A stretch of DNA of 20,000 bases from an uncultured virus (IMG/VR IMGVR_UViG_3300017991_000098) (Duplodnaviria; Heunggongvirae; Uroviricota; Caudoviricetes). How positions within the stretch are numbered: the first letter of the stretch is position 1; every line of letters starts with the position of its first letter. This document shows, piece after piece, positions 9,735-17,354 of the stretch. The position numbers and the translations under genes are program-made. The notes under the pieces were generated by a model that searched no databases, was not told the origin of the DNA, and saw nothing but the letters and a program-made list of their open reading frames with translations. The stretch is taken from IMG/VR virus record IMGVR_UViG_3300017991_000098, one strand, 5' to 3'.

Positions 9735-10022
9735 TTAGGGGGCGGGAGAAGCGAAGCCGTTATCTTCGAGGTACTTGATAATACTTTCAACGTCTTCTAA
9801 TATCTCTCCATTATATACCTTCAAAACCGGAGTGAATTTGCCCTCCAGCCCAAAAGAAGCCAAGACAGCTCGTGTGGCATCGTTTGAGAAGGTATATATT
9901 ATGTGTATCTGGTGCCCGTTTGTGCCTACGAACTCATCCTCAAACATGACCTCAGGGTTGAGAACGGCTTTCAGCTTCACACAGTCCGCACAATTGTACA
10001 TAAAGAATAGATAATCTTGCAT
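9735..10022 (-). CDS. Thioredoxin/glutaredoxin-fold protein (CxxC), 95 aa
   Basis: Hydrophobic strand then CADC (YLFFMYNCADCVKLK), and a C-terminal 'FGLEGKFTPVLKVYNGE' matching the cis-Pro loop plus beta-hairpin of the Trx fold. Confidence 0.7.
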   Translation of the reverse strand: MQDYLFFMYNCADCVKLKAVLNPEVMFEDEFVGTNGHQIHIIYTFSNDATRAVLASFGLEGKFTPVLKVYNGEILEDVESIIKYLEDNGFASPAP

Positions 10023-10034
10023 AATGGTAAAATA

Positions 10035-10724
10035 CTATGGATTGCACGGGCCAGATGGAGAAGCACAACCATTTGGACAATAGGTGGCTCCAGTATACAT
10101 GACGGACAACGCAATGCCACTAGGAATACAAGCTGGAACAAACGCAGGACTGCAAACTGGGGGGCTGGGTGTGTAGCTGGATAAGTAAGTACAATAATCG
10201 CCAGCCGGATTGCACACGTTCTGGCAGCTGGCATCTGAATAGTAAGTTCTGTGTATCACATAATAACCAGCCCCGGTATACTGGGAGCTAGATGAAGATG
10301 ATGATGAAGATGACGAAGATGATGAACTTGAGCTGCTTGAGGAACTAGAACTGCTTGAGGAACTAGAGCTGGATGAACTGGATGAACTGGATGAACTGGA
10401 TGAACTGCTGGATGAGCTACTGGAAGAGCTAGAGCTTGATGATGGAGGACAATTACTGGAGCATTCAGAAGCGGTATAAGGCCCTGTCCATTCTGTCTTA
10501 AACCATATTCCGCCCAAATCTGCACACGAATTAGACGGAGGTGTAGCTTGATACACACAAGAATAGAAAGATGGTGGGTCACAGTTTGTACACATTGAAT
10601 CATAGCAATAAGACTGAGCAGCACACCAAGTGGCTCCTGTGCCGCTGCTTGAGGAGCTACTGGACGATGAGCTAGATGAGCTAGATGAACTACTGGCAGA
10701 TGAACTCAACCGCTCGCCTGCCAA
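10035..10724 (-). CDS. Poly-Ser / Cys-rich cassette (229 codons), probably a frameshifted continuation or silent C-terminal module of the upstream gene
   Basis: TTG start with no visible SD; Ser run begins after 6 codons. Layout is polySer - Cys domain - S53 - Cys domain. Overlaps the upstream gene by 19 nt in the -1 frame. Confidence 0.6.
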   Translation of the reverse strand: MAGERLSSSASSSSSSSSSSSSSSSSSGTGATWCAAQSYCYDSMCTNCDPPSFYSCVYQATPPSNSCADLGGIWFKTEWTGPYTASECSSNCPPSSSSSSSSSSSSSSSSSSSSSSSSSSSSSSSSSSSSSSSSSSSSSSSSSSSSSQYTGAGYYVIHRTYYSDASCQNVCNPAGDYCTYLSSYTPSPPVCSPAFVPACIPSGIALSVMYTGATYCPNGCASPSGPCNP

Positions 10725-12787
10725 AAACTATAGGTCAAAGTTGCATCAGTACGACCACCGTATGTTCCACCACCGGGATAAGAGTACCAAGAAGAACCAG
10801 TGTAATTGCCTGCTGGTGTAACCCCATAGTTTTTAAGACCTAGAACATTGAGGTAGGGGTACCAACTAAAGGCTCCTTCCCATCGACAAGTATTCAGTCT
10901 CACAAATCCAGGCTGTGACGGTGGCGATATGCTTGTCCAACTGTCTGCGCTGTCGACCGTAGTGGGACCACCAACTTGTGTACCATTGTAAAGTAATGAT
11001 CGACGCTCTAACTCCAAGTTCCAATTGCATTCTGTGGGTGATGTACGAGATGCGGGACCGCTTGGTCTAAATTCCCATATGAGCCACTTTTCCGAGGGGA
11101 AGGGGAGCCATTCTCGCCATTCTGTAACAATAGGTTCTGCATCATACCTACTTTCAATGTTACCCGTCACCTGATACTCGTATGCCAGATCGCTCGGGCA
11201 ATCACACGGAGCGGCTTGTAAAGAAGACGAACTGGACGAACTGGATGAAGATGAACTAGATGAAGATGACTTAGAGCTTGACGATGAACTGGACGAAGAT
11301 GAACTACTTGAGCTACTGCTCGAGGAACTAGATGAACTAGATGAGCTGGATGAGCTGGATGAGCTACTGCTTGAGGAACTAGATGAACTGGATGAGCTGG
11401 ATGAGCTACTGCTTGAGGAACTAGATGAACTAGATGAGCTAGATGAGCTAGATGAGCTAGATGAGCTACTGCTGGATGAGCTACTGGATGAGTCACCAAT
11501 GCTAGACGATGACGATGAGCTACTGGATATAACGACTGGCATTGGTGCTGGTACTGGCGGTTGCAGATTATTTACGTCAACAGAGCAAGCGTCACCAGCG
11601 TTTGGACACAGGAAGAATGGCTCTTGACAACACTGTTCCGCAGGCTTCGATTCAACTAACGGATTATAGATCTCTTCTGGAACATCATTTTCGTACCACT
11701 CCAGGTCTTCATTGTGTTCTCTTCTCCAGTTGAAATCATATGAATCATATTGTCTTGGGCTTGGACAATTTTCGGTTGGCTCCCACTGTGGCATTTGTGT
11801 AGAGTCTGCCGTTTCTGACGGGTCTCTGGGAGAAAATTTGTAATAATATATGTCTTTGCAATCTGCAGTGCTAACTCTTGACGCCAAAATAACAGTATCG
11901 TCGATATCAAAACCAAACACCGATGACTTCAAACTATCGACACAAGCAGATTGGCTTGGCCTCGACACCGAGGTCCTGATATTATCACCATCTTTACGTA
12001 TGCTAAAGATTGCTGTTGTGCTTCGTAAATCTGGGTGAACTACCATCACCTCTTCAAGTTTTAATAATAATTCGCCATCGGTGCCAACATCGCCAATCGG
12101 GCCTCTCTGCCTGACCCTATATGTCCAATCACCGCCCAAGTCACCTTCTAACTGTACAGACCCAGACAGAACATTGTCTTTCAAATTCAAATCAATAGAA
12201 ACAATAACATAATCGGAAATAGCTGTTATGTCGAAACCATCAAGTGGTACCATAAACTCAGCGATTTGTGTGTCATCTTTTGATAGACGCAACGATACAT
12301 CTGTTTCAATTGGTGTGTTAACTGTGGTCGGACCAATTACGAATATGCCATCTAACGTTGGACTCACAACATGAATTGGTTCCGGGTCTGCTGGTTCACC
12401 TGCGTCGCCTTGTGGGCCATCATCGCCAATGCTACCACCATCGCCAACACAAGTGTGACGCCAAAACTTTCGAATAAGGGCTTGTCTATCAAGTTCTACT
12501 CTGAGCTGCTTCTGTTCTGTATTCTCAACTTGAAACTTAATAAGTTTATCAGTAGAGTGAAAGTAGTAAAAATATGATCTAAATTGGCTGAGCTTCAGTC
12601 CACGATACTCATCAGTACTCATGGCGACCAAGAGATCGTGGAGAGATGGTGAAACCAAACCATCCTCTTCTTCGGTAACATCATCATAGATATCTAGATA
12701 CCCCTTAGATATCCATACATTGGATTCTGCATCATACTCGTGGATTATGCCGTTTGTGTCTATAATTTGTTGTTTATCACTTGGCAT
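10706..12787 (-). CDS. Fibre-like protein, paralog B (693 aa): conserved N-terminal ~420 aa with collagen-like Gxx triplets, S73-K-S16 stalk, Trp/Gly-rich C-terminal domain
   Basis: GDGGSIGDDGPQGDAGEP and RQRGPIGDVGTDG triplets; N-terminal region co-linear with 12836..15136. Confidence 0.75.
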   Translation of the reverse strand: MPSDKQQIIDTNGIIHEYDAESNVWISKGYLDIYDDVTEEEDGLVSPSLHDLLVAMSTDEYRGLKLSQFRSYFYYFHSTDKLIKFQVENTEQKQLRVELDRQALIRKFWRHTCVGDGGSIGDDGPQGDAGEPADPEPIHVVSPTLDGIFVIGPTTVNTPIETDVSLRLSKDDTQIAEFMVPLDGFDITAISDYVIVSIDLNLKDNVLSGSVQLEGDLGGDWTYRVRQRGPIGDVGTDGELLLKLEEVMVVHPDLRSTTAIFSIRKDGDNIRTSVSRPSQSACVDSLKSSVFGFDIDDTVILASRVSTADCKDIYYYKFSPRDPSETADSTQMPQWEPTENCPSPRQYDSYDFNWRREHNEDLEWYENDVPEEIYNPLVESKPAEQCCQEPFFLCPNAGDACSVDVNNLQPPVPAPMPVVISSSSSSSSSIGDSSSSSSSSSSSSSSSSSSSSSSSSSSSSSSSSSSSSSSSSSSSSSSSSSSSSSSSSSSSSSSSSSSSSSSSSSKSSSSSSSSSSSSSSSSLQAAPCDCPSDLAYEYQVTGNIESRYDAEPIVTEWREWLPFPSEKWLIWEFRPSGPASRTSPTECNWNLELERRSLLYNGTQVGGPTTVDSADSWTSISPPSQPGFVRLNTCRWEGAFSWYPYLNVLGLKNYGVTPAGNYTGSSWYSYPGGGTYGGRTDATLTYSFWQASG

Positions 12788-12835
12788 GTATATTCCAATA
12801 CGTTGAATTAAGTTGATGAACTTGATTTATATTAT

Positions 12836-15136
12836 CTATGTAACTATTACTGTGGGTGGACATGGCCCACCTGCACAATAATCAAGGGAATAAGTACCAC
12901 TTGGACAGCTACCACCTGCTTTTTCGAAGTATCCAAAATAAGAAGAGCTACCCACAGCGGCAGAATAAGGACCGCTAACATCGTTGGCCGAAATAGCTGA
13001 ACCATTAGATGCGACCCATACACAATATCCATCATAGCTCATCAACCCAACACCGTCTGGCCATGTTGGTTCTGAACATTCCGCACATGCATCGGTTGAA
13101 CTAGATGAACTAGATGAACTAGATGAGCTAGATGAACTAGATGAACTAGATGAACTAGGCCGATCACAACAGCATCCACAATGATATTGTCCTCCATCAT
13201 ACCAACAGTAACTAGGACCATATGTACTACACGGTACCCAATCATGTGGCGATAACCATGCGCATTCAATAGAGCAATCAGTGAGCCATCCATCAAAGCA
13301 ATCTTCACAAGAAACGCCACTTATTGCCACTTCTATTCCTGAACCACATCCAGAAGTATCACATGGATACGATGATGGTATGCCTGATGAACTGCTAGAT
13401 GAAGAGCTGGACGAAGACGAACTACTGGATGAACTGGATGAACTACTGGATGAACTACTGGATGAACTACTGGATGAACTACTGGATGAACTACTGGATG
13501 AACTACTGGATGAACTACTGGATGAAGACGAACTAGATGAAGATGAAGACGAACTAGATGAAGATGAAGACGAACTACTGGACGAAGACGAACTAGATGA
13601 CGAGCTAGATGAACTACTGGATGAACTACTGGATGAAGACGAACTAGATGAACTAGATGAAGATGAAGATGAACTAGATGAAGATGAGGAGCTAGAGCTT
13701 GATGAAGATGAGGAGCTGGACGAAGATGAACTAGACGACGAGCTAGATGACGAGCTAGATGAAGACGAACTAGATGAACTACTGGACGAAGACGAGCTAG
13801 ATGAAGATGAGCTACTGGACGAACTGGATGATGAGATGCCAGAGCTAGAGCTTGATGAAGAACTTATAGAAATAACTGGCATTGGCACTGGCACTGGCGG
13901 TTGTAGGTTATTTACGTCAATTGAACACGCATCACCAGCGTTTGGACACAGGAAGAATGGCTCTTGGCAACACTGCTCATCAGGACGACCTTCAATAAGC
14001 GGGTCATAGATATCTGCTGGAACATCGTTTTCGTACCACTCCAGGTCTTCGTTGTGTTCTCTGACCCACTTCAAGTTATAAGAATCATACTGCCTATAAC
14101 TTGGGCAATTTTCGGTTGGTTCCCACTGTGGCATTTTAATGGTGTCTTCAGCATCATCAATTGACACTTGATAGTAATATATGTCTTTGCAATCTCTGGT
14201 GGTAACTTGCGGAGATAACAAATATGATTCTGATATATCAAATGGCAGAGATTCAGATTTTAGGCGACTGACACAGGCTGTTTGGTGCAGCCTAGTGTTC
14301 ATCTGTACTATATCTGGTCCAGATTCTCTAATGTTGAATATGGCAGTTACGCTGCGAAGATCAGGATCTTCTGTGATAAGTTCCTGTAGGTGTAGGAACA
14401 ATTCTCCGTCATCACCAGGATAACCTTGTGGGCCTCGCTGTCGTACTTTATAAATCCACATCCCATCCAAATCACCAGATAGGACAACCGTACCCCAGAC
14501 ATAACCATCCTCAAACTTGATGTCTTGAGATATGATTTCATAATCAGATATTGCAGCAATATCTGACCCGTCTATTGGCACTAAGAACTCTACAGCCAGA
14601 ATATCACCTTTGAACATCCTGAGTGATATATCTGTTTCAATTGGTGTACTAACTGGGGTTTTTGGTATAATAAATTCGTCTGTATCACCAAGAACAGGAT
14701 AGACACCTTCATCTTCGGCTGGTTTACCGGTATCACCCTGCTGCCCAACATCTCCGATAGCGCCTTTTGTACCAATGCAAGGTTGCCTCCAAAACTTCCT
14801 GATTAGGGCCTGCCGATCAAGTTCTACCCTTAGGCGCTTTCCATCATTTGCGTTCTCTACACGAAATTTAATGAGAGAATCTGAAGAGTGAAAGTAGTAA
14901 AAGTATGCATTGTTGCCGAGCTTTAACCCATTAAAATCTCTGGCTTCAACAGATTCCAACAGGCCATGCAGGGACGGAGGAACTAACCCTTCCTGGTCCT
15001 CCGTGACGTCTCCGTAAACATCCAAGTACCCTTTGGATATCCAGGTATCCGTCTCAAAATCGTACTCATGTAGAATGCCGTTGGCATCTAGTACAACGGT
15101 GCCATCAGATGGGTCTATGATGGGTAGTCTCGACAT
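12836..15136 (-). CDS. Fibre-like protein, paralog A (766 aa): conserved N-terminal region, 150-Ser stalk, two Cys-rich modules separated by a second Ser run
   Basis: GTKGAIGDVGQQGDTGKP and RQRGPQGYPGDDG triplets. Shares LRVELDRQALIRKFWR and EQCCQEPFFLCPNAGDACS with paralog B. Uninterrupted Ser codons at 13385..13834. Confidence 0.75.
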   Translation of the reverse strand: MSRLPIIDPSDGTVVLDANGILHEYDFETDTWISKGYLDVYGDVTEDQEGLVPPSLHGLLESVEARDFNGLKLGNNAYFYYFHSSDSLIKFRVENANDGKRLRVELDRQALIRKFWRQPCIGTKGAIGDVGQQGDTGKPAEDEGVYPVLGDTDEFIIPKTPVSTPIETDISLRMFKGDILAVEFLVPIDGSDIAAISDYEIISQDIKFEDGYVWGTVVLSGDLDGMWIYKVRQRGPQGYPGDDGELFLHLQELITEDPDLRSVTAIFNIRESGPDIVQMNTRLHQTACVSRLKSESLPFDISESYLLSPQVTTRDCKDIYYYQVSIDDAEDTIKMPQWEPTENCPSYRQYDSYNLKWVREHNEDLEWYENDVPADIYDPLIEGRPDEQCCQEPFFLCPNAGDACSIDVNNLQPPVPVPMPVISISSSSSSSSGISSSSSSSSSSSSSSSSSSSSSSSSSSSSSSSSSSSSSSSSSSSSSSSSSSSSSSSSSSSSSSSSSSSSSSSSSSSSSSSSSSSSSSSSSSSSSSSSSSSSSSSSSSSSSSSSSSSSSSSSSSSSSSSSSSSSSSSSSSSSSSSSSSSSSSGIPSSYPCDTSGCGSGIEVAISGVSCEDCFDGWLTDCSIECAWLSPHDWVPCSTYGPSYCWYDGGQYHCGCCCDRPSSSSSSSSSSSSSSSSSSSSTDACAECSEPTWPDGVGLMSYDGYCVWVASNGSAISANDVSGPYSAAVGSSSYFGYFEKAGGSCPSGTYSLDYCAGGPCPPTVIVT
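13437..13520 (+). repeat. Perfect 12-bp tandem repeat (GATGAACTACTG)x7 within the poly-Ser stalk
   Basis: Read directly from the sequence; each unit adds 4 Ser on the minus strand. Confidence 0.9.
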
Positions 15137-15211
15137 ATTATTCCAAATACTGTCTACAAAGATTCTATTATAGATTTGAAATTTGGCGTATTTGAGACGC
15201 GGAGGAGAGTT

Positions 15212-15523
15212 ATGCAGATATTAATATTATGGAGTGATGACCCGATATTCTATGAAGCCGTATGGGGTGATGATTTGGCGGTGGGACAGGTAATTATGAG
15301 GGTTCAGGGAACCACAGTGAATCCGATAGATTCTATAGAGCTACTGCAGAGGCGGTTTGAGATGATCCAGGTGGATGTGGCTGGATTAGATCCGGCATTC
15401 GCCAGATGGGGTGATAAGAGCTATTTCTGTGGGTACTCCACAGTTGAGGATGATGAAGGCTTACATATTTTACACGAGCGCCTCAATCTGCTGATTCCGG
15501 CTCTTGCGGACGAGCATCGATAA
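15212..15523 (+). CDS. Hypothetical protein (~103 aa)
   Basis: Strong SD GGAGGAG at 15201-15207 before ATG 15212 (preferred to TTG 15176). Divergent from the fibre cluster; 3' end overlaps a convergent gene. Confidence 0.6.
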   Translation: MQILILWSDDPIFYEAVWGDDLAVGQVIMRVQGTTVNPIDSIELLQRRFEMIQVDVAGLDPAFARWGDKSYFCGYSTVEDDEGLHILHERLNLLIPALADEHR

Positions 15524-15902
15524 ACTTGTCATCGCCCTCCGGTTTTCCTTTTATATCTATCGCATCAACAGACTTTATGCTTGGTACAGCAACCGCTATG
15601 TTGGACAATTGTTGCATCCTATCCTCGGCAAACTGATAAGTTTCTGGCCTTTTAGGAATCACCTCTAAAGTGACCCTAAACACAGTGAACTTTGTATTGG
15701 ATTCGGCAGGTCCAGCATCAACCGCAACCACATTTATGGTCGATATCTCTTCTTTGGTGATCCCATTATCAACCAACTTCTCGGGTATCACCTGATGTTC
15801 TTCAACTACAGCAACTTGAACATTGGCTGAATTAATCGCCATTATGCCAAAAACTATGCCAGCCGTCAGCGCCAATAAACAAGCCATAATTGTATTATTC
15901 AT
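15483..15902 (-). CDS. Hypothetical protein with N-terminal TM/signal segment (139 aa)
   Basis: Hydrophobic N-terminus (IMACLLALTAGIVFGIMAI); TAATG coupling with the upstream gene. Confidence 0.7.
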   Translation of the reverse strand: MNNTIMACLLALTAGIVFGIMAINSANVQVAVVEEHQVIPEKLVDNGITKEEISTINVVAVDAGPAESNTKFTVFRVTLEVIPKRPETYQFAEDRMQQLSNIAVAVPSIKSVDAIDIKGKPEGDDKFIDARPQEPESAD

Positions 15903-16399
15903 TAGAAACTCCAGGTAATTGTTATTCCAAAGGCAACTTCTCTCTCAGCGAGACGATCACGTGGCCACACATCACCCCAATCGCGGTTCTTGGCTGCTTC
16001 CAATTCTCCATTAATAGTCCCCAGGTGAAAGCGCCATATATTGCCGTCCCCAGTGAATCCGTACCATGTGGCCCCAGTTAAACACCAAGGATTCCATGGT
16101 TCATCGTTAGCCACGCAATGGAGCCACTTCTCTGGGCCACAATCAACATGTTCTACCGTCCAACTAACAATCTCACCTACATTGTTTCGTTCACCGAATG
16201 GGTTGGTCGGAGCCGGATCCTGTTTTGGAGTGGCTTTCAAACTGTCAACATCAACCACCAGATTCAAACTGTCCGGATCTAGAATGGACACGGATGCCCC
16301 TGCTGGCATTGGCTGAGCTGCGCTAGACATACCAGCATAAGCCAAAGACAAAGCAAGAGCCACCACACAACCCACAATTCCTAAAAGCAACTTAGACAT
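15902..16399 (-). CDS. Hypothetical exported protein with signal peptide (~165 aa)
   Basis: MSKLLLGIVGCVVALALSLAYA signal-like N-terminus; GGAG SD before ATG 16399, which overlaps the upstream stop (ATGTCTAA). Confidence 0.7.
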   Translation of the reverse strand: MSKLLLGIVGCVVALALSLAYAGMSSAAQPMPAGASVSILDPDSLNLVVDVDSLKATPKQDPAPTNPFGERNNVGEIVSWTVEHVDCGPEKWLHCVANDEPWNPWCLTGATWYGFTGDGNIWRFHLGTINGELEAAKNRDWGDVWPRDRLAEREVAFGITITWSF

Positions 16400-17354
16400 G
16401 GCTTTCTCCATCTATAAAAGACCGATATCGATTATACTTCCTCGGCATTGCCCGAACAGGGTCACTCCACAACCAAGCAGCGATGGACTCAGCTTTTTTA
16501 TAAGTCGCCAACATGGCATAAATTGATTTGGTTTTGTATGGCCCATTCATCATAACACCAGTTTCTGATGCAATACGGTCTTGTAATTGTACTCCAAAAC
16601 CACGATAAGTTAAAGAAAATCCAATGGTCAAGAAATTAGTATTGTGCTTATTTTTTCTAATCGAGACGTAACCGTCACCATCTAAAAACCCACGAACAAA
16701 ATCGGGCCAGTGCCGTATTTCTGGCAAACTCCTTTTATAATCTGGGCCTGGGCGCATTCCCAACTCGCACAATTTACGGCCAAAATGTATATTGTCAAAA
16801 ACAATCCTGTTGGCCGCATATCGCTTACCCCAACTGTTGGTATAAACCGTTTCAATCTTCTTGTTACAATTAAGGTCACTCAATAATTGTTGCAATACCC
16901 CGCGCTCTTTTAGCACTAACGATAGAGTGCAAGCCAATCTACCATTCCGTGCGCGGAGGCACCCATCGGCATATAATAAACCCAGATAATAACACCCAAT
17001 CTGGTCTGGTCCATCAAAATGCGACAGATCTAAACAATATCGTCTTGACTTATCTGCATAATCACGAACGATATCATCTTTGGATCTTTCAATGCCAAGC
17101 CTATGAATGCGTTCTTGAACAGCTTGATGGCTAATACCAAGTTCCCTCGCTATGTCTACCGATGATAGGTGGGATCTTTTGATCAATTCATCATCGGCAA
17201 CAGTTTTATTTATGTTGTCACGTGACAAACCAAGATTGACAATGGCTCTCGATACCGAGGCCTGCGATAAACCCAATCTATTAGCAATAACACGCTGAGA
17301 AACTCCTTCACAAAACATCTTTTTTAGCATTAAGCACTGATCTTGACTCAACAC
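16392..17354 (-). CDS. Free-standing LAGLIDADG (DOD-type) homing endonuclease with N-terminal HTH repeats, 320 aa
   Basis: Two LAGLIDADG motifs, YYLGLLYADGCL and DFVRGFLDGDGYV. Two HTH-like segments, SQRVIANRLGLSQASVSRAI and SSVDIARELGISHQAVQERI. Confidence 0.85.
   Translation of the reverse strand: MLSQDQCLMLKKMFCEGVSQRVIANRLGLSQASVSRAIVNLGLSRDNINKTVADDELIKRSHLSSVDIARELGISHQAVQERIHRLGIERSKDDIVRDYADKSRRYCLDLSHFDGPDQIGCYYLGLLYADGCLRARNGRLACTLSLVLKERGVLQQLLSDLNCNKKIETVYTNSWGKRYAANRIVFDNIHFGRKLCELGMRPGPDYKRSLPEIRHWPDFVRGFLDGDGYVSIRKNKHNTNFLTIGFSLTYRGFGVQLQDRIASETGVMMNGPYKTKSIYAMLATYKKAESIAAWLWSDPVRAMPRKYNRYRSFIDGESHV

Noticed and set aside
10706..10708. Stop-codon reassignment explaining the split gene
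   Set aside because: The continuation is in a different frame, and TGA, TAA and TAG all end genes sensibly elsewhere in the window.
11530..14130. DGR template/variable repeat pair
   Set aside because: Mismatches are not adenine-specific and look like ordinary paralog divergence; both copies are mid-gene and no reverse transcriptase is in the window.
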